From a virus (taxonomy: Duplodnaviria > Heunggongvirae > Uroviricota > Caudoviricetes): DNA of 44,763 bases. Position numbers and translations under genes: made by a program. Below, in pieces: positions 8,371 through 17,375 of the stretch (positions are counted from its first letter, which is position 1; each line of letters opens with the position of its first letter). Location: the IMG/VR virus record IMGVR_UViG_3300030310_000017, positions 1 to 44,763 of that record, one strand, 5' to 3'. The notes below the pieces were generated by a model. The model searched no databases. It was not told where the DNA came from and saw only the letters and a list, made by a program, of their open reading frames with translations.

Positions 8371-9758
8371 ATCCAGAAGAACTGGAAGCGATCGTTCTCG
8401 CTGGTCTGATTAACGGTGGTGCGACGCCTGACGCGTTTGATGTGATTGCCACTACTCCGGAGGAAGCCTTCAGCATCGTGTTTCACCGTCGCGCTTTCAG
8501 CGAAATCAAAAAGCAGGCACTGGCGAACGGCATGATCGACATGTTGTTTATCAGCGAAGCGCTGGGCGGTTCCAGCCTTGCGGATCTGTCTCAAATATCC
8601 CGGATCCCGGCAACGGTACCGAATCTGAAAGGCTATGCCGGGAAAATGGTGCGGGCATGGCGGAGCCGCAAAATGGCGGCATTGTTGCAATCTGGCGCGG
8701 ATGGTATCCGTAACGCTGTAAACCAGAGTCAGCGTGATGAGGTTATTGAATCTCATGTTGCTCAGGTGCTGGATATGAGCGCCGCTACCGGCACAGTCCA
8801 GCCGGTACACATCAAAGAGCTGTTACCGCTCTACATTGACACCGTTGATAAACGGATGTCTGGTGACGCGCAGGAAATGATGCTGAAAACCGGAGTCGAG
8901 GATCTGGATGTCGCCCTGGGCGGTATCAACATGACCGACCTTGTTGTGGTTGCCGGTCGTCCAGGCATGGGGAAAACGGAATTTACCCTGAAGATTATCG
9001 ATGGCGTTACCGCAGATGGCGGCGGCGCACTGTTTTTCAGCATGGAAATGGGCGCTCAGCAGATTGTTGAACGTACCGTTGCCGGGGCTGGGAATATGTC
9101 CACGTCGCGTCTGCGTAATCCAAAAGAAATGGACGATGAGGATTTGACCAGATTAACCGCCGCGCTTGCAATCATGCAGGATCGCGATATCTGGATTGTT
9201 GATGCCACTGATTTGACGATTGAGCAGATCCGCGCCATTGCAGAGACTCATAAACGCCGTTATCCGCACCTGAAGTTGATTGGTGTTGATTACATGGGCC
9301 TGATCAAAAAACCGAAGGCCGAGCGCCACGATCTCGCTGTCGGGCATATCTCCCGCAACATGAAGACTATGGCCATGCGTCTGCATACCCCTGTTTTTGC
9401 TCTTAGCCAGCTTTCCCGCCAGGTGGATTCTCGACCTGCTGGCCAGCGTCGCCCGGTGATGTCGGACCTGCGCGATTCCGGCAGTGTTGAGCAGGACGCT
9501 GACAGCATTTTGTTTTTGTACCGCGATGAAGTTTACACACCTGATTCACCTGCAAAGGGTATCGCCGAGGTGATTATCGGTAAAAACCGTTCTGGCGGGG
9601 CAGGTGAAATTATTTATCAGGAATTCCGGAATGGGCATTTCCTGCCAATTGATCAACACGTAGCACGCGAAAAATTACGCATCCAGAAGGAGGCAGAGCA
9701 ACCGAGAAAACGTGAAAAACGGTATTCAAACAAAAACTTTAATACGGACCCATTTTAA
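8367..9758 (+). CDS. Replicative DNA helicase, DnaB family
   Basis: 463-aa ORF with a Walker A motif (GRPGMGKT), a Walker B-like IGVDYMGL, and DnaB-like SQLSR and RDEVY segments. Start overlaps the stop of the O-like gene. Confidence 0.9.
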   Translation: MNPEELEAIVLAGLINGGATPDAFDVIATTPEEAFSIVFHRRAFSEIKKQALANGMIDMLFISEALGGSSLADLSQISRIPATVPNLKGYAGKMVRAWRSRKMAALLQSGADGIRNAVNQSQRDEVIESHVAQVLDMSAATGTVQPVHIKELLPLYIDTVDKRMSGDAQEMMLKTGVEDLDVALGGINMTDLVVVAGRPGMGKTEFTLKIIDGVTADGGGALFFSMEMGAQQIVERTVAGAGNMSTSRLRNPKEMDDEDLTRLTAALAIMQDRDIWIVDATDLTIEQIRAIAETHKRRYPHLKLIGVDYMGLIKKPKAERHDLAVGHISRNMKTMAMRLHTPVFALSQLSRQVDSRPAGQRRPVMSDLRDSGSVEQDADSILFLYRDEVYTPDSPAKGIAEVIIGKNRSGGAGEIIYQEFRNGHFLPIDQHVAREKLRIQKEAEQPRKREKRYSNKNFNTDPF

Positions 9759-9796
9759 CCACGCATGACCAGCGTGAAATAACCGAGGAAAGACCA

Positions 9797-10207
9797 ATGA
9801 CCACCATTTCAGGCAAATTAGAGTACCCGTCGGACAAAGGACACATAGACGACGGTAAAAACTATCTCGACGTCATTTTGTGGAATATGAACGCCGGGCC
9901 ACGTGCGCGCACTCGTGCGGTTTTTGTACCAAGACCCAAAGCAGGCAATTTTTCAACACCAGCTCAGCCTGCCCGTCAGGCATCCGTAGCCGCAGCGCCA
10001 GCAGTGAAATGTAAGGGTAAAACGCACATCGGGATCGCGATTCGCAGAAATGGTGAGCGGCAAGTGAAACTCCACGAAACAGCGACAACCTGGTGTGCTT
10101 CACCGCATGAAACTTACGACAAGATAACCGGGCAGCGCATTGGTGCGCCTGGTCGCTGTCGCCTGCTGTTGAGCTCCATCACTCCGATAGAAAAGAAAGG
10201 GGCGTGA
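9797..10207 (+). CDS. Hypothetical nin-region protein
   Basis: 136-aa ORF preceded by the conserved GAGGAAAGACCAATG initiation motif. Confidence 0.5.
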   Translation: MTTISGKLEYPSDKGHIDDGKNYLDVILWNMNAGPRARTRAVFVPRPKAGNFSTPAQPARQASVAAAPAVKCKGKTHIGIAIRRNGERQVKLHETATTWCASPHETYDKITGQRIGAPGRCRLLLSSITPIEKKGA

Positions 10208-10208
10208 T

Positions 10209-10445
10209 ATGACCGGGCAATCAGATTACCTGCCGCCCGGCTTACCACACAACCGCGCCAAATGGCCCCAGGAATACCAGCTTAAAGAGCACTACGACAT
10301 GCGAGCGGCGGCGCTGATCCGCCAACTCTTTGAGAAACGTATTCCGAGGGGAAGCGTGATTGAGCAAATCGGAATGACGCCGGATACATACCGGGAATTT
10401 TTCAGAGAGCGTCTGAACTACTGGAGAGGGGTGATGGAACAATGA
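10209..10445 (+). CDS. Hypothetical nin-region protein
   Basis: 78-aa ORF tightly packed with its neighbours on the same strand. Confidence 0.45.
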   Translation: MTGQSDYLPPGLPHNRAKWPQEYQLKEHYDMRAAALIRQLFEKRIPRGSVIEQIGMTPDTYREFFRERLNYWRGVMEQ

Positions 10446-10753
10446 AATACAAACGGTGGGTGCGTGCGGAAGTCGTAATCATCAAACAATGTGCAGGCAG
10501 CATGACAGTTGAACGTATAGGGCAGCTTATTGGCAGAACCGGTGCAGCGGTACGCACAAAAGCGCGCGAGCTGAAAATCTGTATGTATCTGCGGGGTAAT
10601 TATCATCAGTCAGCGAAATACTGCCAGGAGGATATCGAGCTGGCAAGGGAATTACATCAGTCGGGTATTAATCGCCAGGATATCGCGGAAAAACTCGAAA
10701 TGCCGATCGGAGCGGTGAATCAGTTTGTTTATTTTGAGCGGAGGATTTCATGA
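10442..10753 (+). CDS. Hypothetical nin-region protein
   Basis: 103-aa ORF with ATGA overlap to the upstream gene. Confidence 0.45.
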   Translation: MKYKRWVRAEVVIIKQCAGSMTVERIGQLIGRTGAAVRTKARELKICMYLRGNYHQSAKYCQEDIELARELHQSGINRQDIAEKLEMPIGAVNQFVYFERRIS

Positions 10754-10974
10754 AAGAACTTTTTCTGGCATTTGTGCCCCGGTTTATTAATGACCAGATC
10801 GCACTGACTGATAATGGTGAACAATATGAAATTGCCTGCAGCATGGTGGATGTGAATCCTGGCGAACGGTATGACGCGATGTGTGACCTGAAAATATTTA
10901 CCTGGCTGGGTTGGGCTATTCCGTGTGGAGAACCAACCAATATTCGCCCATTTGAGAGCAGGGAGGCTGTATGA
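10750..10974 (+). CDS. Hypothetical nin-region protein
   Basis: 74-aa ORF with ATGA overlap to the upstream gene. Confidence 0.4.
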   Translation: MKELFLAFVPRFINDQIALTDNGEQYEIACSMVDVNPGERYDAMCDLKIFTWLGWAIPCGEPTNIRPFESREAV

Positions 10975-11161
10975 GTGAATTGAAAATACGTCGCAAGGCA
11001 ATAGCACGCGTTAAAAATCCATTACCAGTGCCCGCCGAATGCCATTTTTGTGGTGGGAATGTACGGATTGGTACGTATGTATGGTGATTGCGGAGTGACG
11101 TAAAACGAATCTTTGTGGGTGTAATATCGTCAATATCATTGGTTTCCCGGAGGGAAAGGAC

Positions 11162-11383
11162 ATGTTTGGCGATAAACTGGAGTTACCACGGAACGGGCGG
11201 ATAGTGCTCTATATTTCAGATTACAAAGTAACCAGGGCTGAGGTGTTGGAACCGGAAAAACATCTGGTCACGTTACCGGACATTATTGAGTTGTATAAGC
11301 GGGTCGGATATGTGGACTTGCATCGCGATGATGTTCCCGTTGAGTGTATGGAATGTGAACACCGGAGGTTTGAAGTTGATTGA
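11162..11383 (+). CDS. Hypothetical protein
   Basis: 73-aa ORF with a GGAGGG ribosome-binding site upstream. Confidence 0.45.
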   Translation: MFGDKLELPRNGRIVLYISDYKVTRAEVLEPEKHLVTLPDIIELYKRVGYVDLHRDDVPVECMECEHRRFEVD

Positions 11384-11472
11384 ATTGACTTAGAAAAAGC
11401 CCGGGGCTATAGTTTCCGCGCAGCCGCAAAATCGGTTGCCGGGATTGGCGTCCCGGATATCTAAGTGACGCA

Positions 11473-11497
11473 TAGCCGCGTTAGCGGTTTTTTTATG
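11473..11497 (+). terminator. Putative intrinsic terminator
   Basis: Short GC stem (CCGC GTTA GCGG) followed by a run of seven T. Confidence 0.4.
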
Positions 11498-11655
11498 TGT
11501 TAGGCACGGCCACATTCGCATTATGGTGGGCTGTGTGGGGGCTTCTGCGGAAGCGCCGGGTTCACTTAGCCGGTTACGCCAACCCTGCACAGTTCACCAC
11601 CAGATGATTGGCGTCGCTGGTGGTGATGAAAAAAACACTAAGTGAGGCCACTGCG

Positions 11656-12444
11656 ATGACAATCCAAATATCTGCGGAATCCCTTTCTCCGCTACATCAT
11701 AACCAACTTCCCGTCATCACTACTGAATTGCTTGCCAGTTTGTATGGCACGGAAGTAAATGGTATCCAGCAAAACTTCAAGCGCAACATCGCCAGATTTG
11801 TCGTAGGAAAGCATTTTTTTAAGCTGGAAGGTAATGAATTACGCGACTTCAAAAACAGACTGACAGATAGTCAGTCAGTTGCTAAACATACCCGATCCCT
11901 CATTCTCTGGACAGAACGCGGCGCAGCTCGCCATGCCAAAATGCTGGAAACAGAACAGGCCTGGGAAGTTTTCGAAAAGCTGGAAGATTGTTATTTTAGC
12001 CAGCGTCCAGAGAGGCGGAGTACAACTACCGATGACCGTACTCCCTTACGTGATGCCGTTAATATGCTGGTCGGTAAGAAAGGCATGATGTATCCCGATG
12101 CCTACACCATGATTCATCAACGCTTCGCCGTCTCTCACATAGAACAACTGTCACAGACGCAAATGTTAGAGGCGATTGAATACATCCACTGCCTGCTACT
12201 CGATGAAAATCAGCCAACCATTCCAGATTTTTCTTTTATCACCACTATCAAAAATGGAAAAGTGACCAGGATGCGCCATGTTGCCAAAGGCGAACATCTG
12301 ATGACGTTTGACGCTTTCAAAGAGATCGCTGAGCGGGCAGGGTATCTGGTGATCCACAGCGACAACCTGCGAAGTATGACACTGGATAAATTGATGGTAA
12401 TGGGGAAAAAGTCTGCTGTATCTGTTGCTGATTCAGCATTTTGA
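11656..12444 (+). CDS. Phage antirepressor-type protein (ORF6N-like N-terminal domain)
   Basis: An ATG at 11656 preceded by GTGAGG (the ORF track starts at 11608). The N-terminus (LASLYGTEVNGIQQNFKRNIARFVVGKHFFKLEGNEL) fits the ORF6N/antirepressor fold pattern. A 9-bp perfect inverted repeat (CACCACCAG..CTGGTGGTG) lies just upstream. Confidence 0.55.
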   Translation: MTIQISAESLSPLHHNQLPVITTELLASLYGTEVNGIQQNFKRNIARFVVGKHFFKLEGNELRDFKNRLTDSQSVAKHTRSLILWTERGAARHAKMLETEQAWEVFEKLEDCYFSQRPERRSTTTDDRTPLRDAVNMLVGKKGMMYPDAYTMIHQRFAVSHIEQLSQTQMLEAIEYIHCLLLDENQPTIPDFSFITTIKNGKVTRMRHVAKGEHLMTFDAFKEIAERAGYLVIHSDNLRSMTLDKLMVMGKKSAVSVADSAF

Positions 12445-12475
12445 CAGGTTGAATGTTTGCCGCGGTTATACTCTA

Positions 12476-12565
12476 TTTGCGCTTAAAAAGGTATTTAGTC
12501 ACAACCAGCACGAGGCCGAATACTCTGTCAAAGTACCGCCCATGTAAAACTGTAACGTATGTACT
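12476..12565. repeat. Direct repeat copy A (~90 bp, ~85% identical to copy B)
   Basis: TTGCGCTTAAAAAGGTATTTAGTCACAACCAGCACGAGGCCGAATACT...GTACCGCCCATGTAAAACTGTAACGT aligns with 16202-16292. Confidence 0.65.
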
Positions 12566-12621
12566 TGATGACTAAGCTGGCACTAGGTTAACACCAGGCG
12601 CCAGCTTGAAGGAAACTTCAG

Positions 12622-13545
12622 TTATTGGTTTCTGAGGAAAGCGATTCTTGAAAGGGTCATTTGCGTCTGGCAGTCGACCATTTTCTTGACTTCAGCATCT
12701 GTTCCCTGCATTGAAACTTTACCGCACATAGCATCCTTAGTTTTGATCCACTGACGCTGAGAAGGCAGCAACTCTTTTTTCTTCGCCGGCGTTAACCTGC
12801 CCCAGACTGTATTCAAATCAGAGTCAGCATTCGCAAATGCCATTCGGGACTGATCAAGGCTTTCAGCTTTTTGCGGCTGAAGTTGTGCCTGCCTCTCTAT
12901 TTGCTTCTCCGCCTCATACCTGGCCTGTTCCTGTGCCCTGAGTTGCACCTGTTGTTCCGCTTCAATTTGACTCTGTTGGGCATCCTTAGCCTGCTGGATT
13001 TTCTGCTGCTCAACGATCGGGTTGATAATGGAAAGCGATGTCAGTAAAGCGGCGCCCACTGATATCGGATTATCAGAAGAGGTTTTTACAAAAACGTTTT
13101 TCTGATCGTCGGTCGCCTGCACGGTGTAGGTGATACGTTTTGAAAAGGCGTTTGCGTTGTTCTCCAAAAACAGATTTTCCATTTGCTTATCGAGATTACG
13201 ATTAAAATTCTTTCTGTAAGCATCAGAAAGCTGGACGTACTCGTTCGCAGGTAGAGTCATCGTCACGGTCCCTTCACAAGTTTTCATTGTGCTGCCCGTG
13301 TCACTTGATATTGTGGAGATTTCAGAGACGGCTAGTTTGATCTTGTCCAGTGTGCTTCGTTTGGTCTGATTAGTGACATCAGGGTATTTATCGACCTGTT
13401 CAGAGAGTCCTTCATAAGCAAATTTTTTTAATAAATCCATGAGAGCTGATTGGGTCATTTCCGAAGAACAACCGATCTCATCTTTTTTGTTATCACAGCC
13501 TGTAAGGGCAATGGCGAGTAAGAGTACTGAGTATTTTAATCTCAT
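12622..13545 (-). CDS. Lipoprotein with a C-terminal DUF1311/LprI-like (lysozyme-inhibitor-like) region and a Gln-rich coiled-coil middle
   Basis: The signal peptide ends in a lipobox (LLAIALTGC). The C-terminus (WIKTKDAMCGK...MVDCQTQMTLSRIAFL) resembles the DUF1311 pattern. The gene is AT-rich, reverse-oriented and sits inside the repeat-bracketed island. Confidence 0.6.
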   Translation of the reverse strand: MRLKYSVLLLAIALTGCDNKKDEIGCSSEMTQSALMDLLKKFAYEGLSEQVDKYPDVTNQTKRSTLDKIKLAVSEISTISSDTGSTMKTCEGTVTMTLPANEYVQLSDAYRKNFNRNLDKQMENLFLENNANAFSKRITYTVQATDDQKNVFVKTSSDNPISVGAALLTSLSIINPIVEQQKIQQAKDAQQSQIEAEQQVQLRAQEQARYEAEKQIERQAQLQPQKAESLDQSRMAFANADSDLNTVWGRLTPAKKKELLPSQRQWIKTKDAMCGKVSMQGTDAEVKKMVDCQTQMTLSRIAFLRNQ

Positions 13546-14301
13546 GAATTCCCTTTAGAGTAAGGATTGGTTTTTAAGACGCGGTCTGTAATCAGTTCCG
13601 AAAGCTACAGTAAACAACGCTGAGCACTGAACGCATCACAGGCAAGGTAAAAGGTGATATCGGCAAAGGCTGTGAAACCTTTAATTCAACAGATGGGAAC
13701 GGTATGCACAGGATCCTGTAACGACGCTCCCAAAACCGGAAACCTGCAGGGCATGTTTTCGCTGCTGAACTTAATATACGAACCTGCACTATCATGAACA
13801 TATTTTATATCGTTATACCCCGAGTGATTGTGCCCGGCAATGGATAGTGTCCTGGAGGAATTATTTCTAATGTAAAAGGAAGATATTTAATTTCGATGTG
13901 GGATTATTACCTGTCTATAAGAACAATGACTTTATCTGGCAGTAAGCAGACATCTATTAGCTTACTGAAGGGGGGCTGTGATTTGACCATTAACGGCATG
14001 AGATATATTGTCTATTGGTGATTGTTCTGAGGCCGATATCACGTTAACGACCAAGTAAAATAACATGAAAAATTATTTATTAATGATTGCCAGCATTAAA
14101 TGTAGTGATACCTCATTAGCAGGGTGCTCCGCAATGACTGCGATGAACTAAAAAATCAGTCATAACCATGAAAAAAACAAGTGTATCAGCGAAATTAAAT
14201 CTGGTGAAAGCATTTAATTACTTGTTAATGACGCAATAAAAACATACTATGGAAATGTAACAGCTAATCTACAGTTCTTGTCAATAGGGGCGCACAAGAA
14301 A

Positions 14302-14892
14302 ATGTTAAATGAATTTAAGGAAAAGCTACTATCCGACGATATCCGCGATGTCTACCAACGATACCTTTTAGGACATGACATCTGGTATTTTCGGGAACAA
14401 AAAAAATCAATAACCTTTGCTAAAGATTATGATGAGTTTAAGCTATATATGTCTAAGAAGCTTGAAATTCATGTAAATAATATTGCAATTGTTGGAAGTG
14501 CTAAGATGGGATTCAGCTTGAGCCCTGATAAAAATTATCGAACATTTAACGATGAGTCAGATATAGACTTGGTTTTAGTATCCGACAGAATTTATAAATC
14601 TTCCTGGATGGCATTTATTGAATTACAATCAAAGAATTATTTGCCTGTATATGCTCCTGTAGCTAAAAATATTTTCAAAGGATTCGTGTCATTGAAGGAG
14701 TTAGATATTAGAGTCGATTTTTTTAATAAATGGTCCCGTAACGTTGAACCATTAAAAAAAGACATTCAAACTATTTTTGGAATACCTAACGACATCAACT
14801 ACAGAATTTATGACTCTTGGGAGTCCGTTGAACGCTATCACATAGCTGGGTTGAATAGTCTAAAAGATAAGTTACAAGGACAATTGATATGA
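14302..14892 (+). CDS. Minimal nucleotidyltransferase-fold protein (Pol-beta superfamily; MNT/SMODS-like)
   Basis: Contains a GS...D-x-D signature (IVGSAKMGFSL...DESDIDLVLV). Very AT-rich coding. The stop overlaps the start of the downstream DUF262 gene (ATGA). The track's TTG start at 14278 is an alternative to the ATG at 14302. Confidence 0.55.
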   Translation: MLNEFKEKLLSDDIRDVYQRYLLGHDIWYFREQKKSITFAKDYDEFKLYMSKKLEIHVNNIAIVGSAKMGFSLSPDKNYRTFNDESDIDLVLVSDRIYKSSWMAFIELQSKNYLPVYAPVAKNIFKGFVSLKELDIRVDFFNKWSRNVEPLKKDIQTIFGIPNDINYRIYDSWESVERYHIAGLNSLKDKLQGQLI

Positions 14893-15947
14893 GAGCTATT
14901 GATCTAATTAAAGTTGAATCGAAAGACATTAAATGGTTGACGGATAATTTGAAATCAGGTGTTATTACAGTTGATAATTCATATCAGAGAAAATATATCT
15001 GGCAGCAAAAAGACCAAGTGGCCTTAATTGAGACAATATTAATTGGCTACCCAATCCCTGAGATTTACCTTTGGGCAAATAATACTGATCCTGACACTGG
15101 AGATACTAAATATTCAATTGTAGATGGACAGCAAAGGCTAACCACAATCCAGCGATATTTAAATGATGAGTTTAAGTTAAGCAAAGCAGCTATAGATGAT
15201 AAAGAAGCCGACTATAGTGGGAAAATTTTTTCAGAATTGTCGGCAGATAACAAACGTGATTTTTGGCGATACCAATTCTCATCCAGATTTATTAATGAAT
15301 CATTGAGATATGATGAGATTGCAAAGTTATTTTTACGTCTAAATAGAACAAATACTACGTTAAATCCTCAAGAACTTCGTAATGCTGAATTTAATGGCGA
15401 GTTTTTAAGATTAGCCGAAGAAATTGCACAAAATGAATTTTGGGATAATTATAAGATATTTACTCAGTCAGATATCCGTCGGATGCAAGACATTCAATTC
15501 ATCAGCACATTATTGATTTTCTTACGAATGGGTATTGAGCAGGATAATACACAAAAATCAATTAATCGAGTGTATGATCAATACAATGAGAATTACCCTG
15601 AGGCGACTGAGGACAGAATTGTCTTTAACGAAGTGTTAAGGATCATATCTCAAATTATCAACAATAAACAAGTATTAGAATCAGTTGTAAAGAAAAAAGG
15701 CCATTTGTATTTTATATTTGTGCTGGCATACTATTATTTACAGCTTAGTAAATCTAAGCTTGTTGATATGAATGTTATTAGTTCAAAGCTCGAGGATTTT
15801 TTTAATATTTATGAGTTAAATGAACAAGATAACCCCCATCCACTGGTTGAGGAATATAGATTCCTCAGCCAAGAGGGTTCAAAGAAGAGTCATAACAGAC
15901 AGCGTAGATTTGATATTTTGAAAGAATTTTGCTCTTTACATGATTAA
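14889..15947 (+). CDS. DUF262 (ParB/GmrSD N-terminal-like) domain protein without a recognisable DUF1524/HNH nuclease domain
   Basis: Carries the hallmark motifs QRKYIWQ...LIETILIGYPIPEIYLW...YSIVDGQQRLTT. At 352 aa it ends in a helical extension rather than a nuclease domain. An AAGGA ribosome-binding site is upstream. Confidence 0.75.
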   Translation: MRAIDLIKVESKDIKWLTDNLKSGVITVDNSYQRKYIWQQKDQVALIETILIGYPIPEIYLWANNTDPDTGDTKYSIVDGQQRLTTIQRYLNDEFKLSKAAIDDKEADYSGKIFSELSADNKRDFWRYQFSSRFINESLRYDEIAKLFLRLNRTNTTLNPQELRNAEFNGEFLRLAEEIAQNEFWDNYKIFTQSDIRRMQDIQFISTLLIFLRMGIEQDNTQKSINRVYDQYNENYPEATEDRIVFNEVLRIISQIINNKQVLESVVKKKGHLYFIFVLAYYYLQLSKSKLVDMNVISSKLEDFFNIYELNEQDNPHPLVEEYRFLSQEGSKKSHNRQRRFDILKEFCSLHD

Positions 15948-16201
15948 ATGACGAAAGTGGGTTGTTTATAAGAATTGAATAAACAACCCATCATTTTAAT
16001 GTACTCTGAATCCTCTCATTCTTAGTGAAATATTGTTTTTAGAACACGTATTGACGTTAGAACAAAAAATAGATTTTTTTGTGATGTATTACGTTGGAGT
16101 TGATGGGATAATTATATGTTTTCAATACATTGTTAATTTATCAAGACCCTGCGACTAAGGTGTTCGAAAATCGACTAAAGTCTGTTTCATAGAGAGAGTT
16201 A

Positions 16202-16292
16202 CTTGCGTTTAAAAAGGTATTTGGTCACGACCAACACGAGGCCGAATACCTCAGTTTAAGTACCGCTCATGTACAACAGTAACGTTTGCTGA
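16202..16292. repeat. Direct repeat copy B
   Basis: TTGCGTTTAAAAAGGTATTTGGTCACGACCAACACGAGGCCGAATACC...GTACCGCTCATGTACAACAGTAACGT aligns with 12476-12565. Confidence 0.65.
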
Positions 16293-16468
16293 TAGTGTCG
16301 CATTATCTTGCAGAGGACGCAGGTTAAATAGAACAAGCATATGTACCTGGTTTTTGTAATATTGGGTATAACATATGCTTTATAGGAGCGCGCTCAATGA
16401 CCAACCGAGAAAGAATCTCCTGACAGATACAGTTATTTTCACCCTCTCCATAACATAAGGGAGTTTTT

Positions 16469-17017
16469 ATGTCGGAAGTGAGTATCGTAGAAGACGACCC
16501 ACGCCCAGTAGTCGCCGAATTGGCAGATCTGTTACAAGCACAACCATTTCATCAGAATCAATATGATAACTTATGTCGCTTTATGATTTATTTTTCCCTG
16601 GCTGAATCAAAGTTAACATCAATGGCTGCTGGCCTTGGTAGAACTGACGCACTGGCACAGGAACTGGTTGTGCATAACGGCATGGACAGTCAGACCATAG
16701 ATGATTGCTATCGTTATTTTATACGACGCTATCGAGACAGCCCTGATAGCGATTACCGCTTCAATAAACTGGCCCCGCCTGAGTATGTTAAGAATGCAAT
16801 CAGAGAACGCTTTGTTACGCTACTTCAGATACAGTCTCCAACAATTGAAGATAAAATCAGCTTTGTGTTCAAAGTGATTTTTAGGTTACGGCATAATCTT
16901 TTCCATGGAGAAAAATGGTCTTACAACCTCGAAGACCAGGAAGCTAATTTTTCACATGCCAGCAATGTACTACTATCCTGTTTGACTCTTACTCGCGGGA
17001 GTATGTGGCACCCTTGA
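16469..17017 (+). CDS. Hypothetical protein with a HEPN-like R-x4-6-H motif near the C-terminus
   Basis: 182-aa ORF with an AAGGGAG ribosome-binding site. The C-terminal segment FRLRHNLFHGEKW contains R-x4-H and R-x6-H spacings typical of HEPN RNase active sites. The assignment is tentative. Confidence 0.4.
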   Translation: MSEVSIVEDDPRPVVAELADLLQAQPFHQNQYDNLCRFMIYFSLAESKLTSMAAGLGRTDALAQELVVHNGMDSQTIDDCYRYFIRRYRDSPDSDYRFNKLAPPEYVKNAIRERFVTLLQIQSPTIEDKISFVFKVIFRLRHNLFHGEKWSYNLEDQEANFSHASNVLLSCLTLTRGSMWHP

Positions 17018-17270
17018 ATGCTGGATGGATATTACGTATCGTCTGATAAGGGGTATCCAGATGTGGCTTGCAAAGAATGCCTGAGCATGCCTGTTATCGC
17101 AGAGGCGATCCTGCGCAAGCAGCCAGCTGAGTACCTGCATCTAACGCAGACCAGCTGCTCTTAAACCGACTTCATTATCAAACATTATTTATTTTTAGCG
17201 ACTACTTACTACATCTAGTGGTAGCTGAAATAAAATAACCTGCATATAGTGATTTTCGTCGTTTAAGTGC

Positions 17271-17322
17271 TTGACAATTCTGCACATGGCATTTAACGGT
17301 GTCTGTGGTAAACTATCCACAG
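17271..17322 (+). promoter_or_regulatory. Putative promoter/operator upstream of the small gene at 17376
   Basis: A TTGACA hexamer at 17271-17276 and a perfect 6-bp inverted repeat CTGTGG-N8-CCACAG at 17303-17322. Confidence 0.3.
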
Positions 17323-17375
17323 AATAGTCAACAGTGTTGGATTGTGGATAATCGCCGGATATATGGGGAGGATAA

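Noticed and set aside
8319-8810. 163-aa minus-strand ORF
   Set aside because: Spans the O-like/DnaB junction antisense to two strongly supported genes.
10971-11087. 38-aa ORF (MSELKIRRKAIARVKNPLPVPAECHFCGGNVRIGTYVW)
   Set aside because: Below the size at which it can be supported from sequence alone. It may be a real small zinc-ribbon-like peptide but is not listed as a feature.
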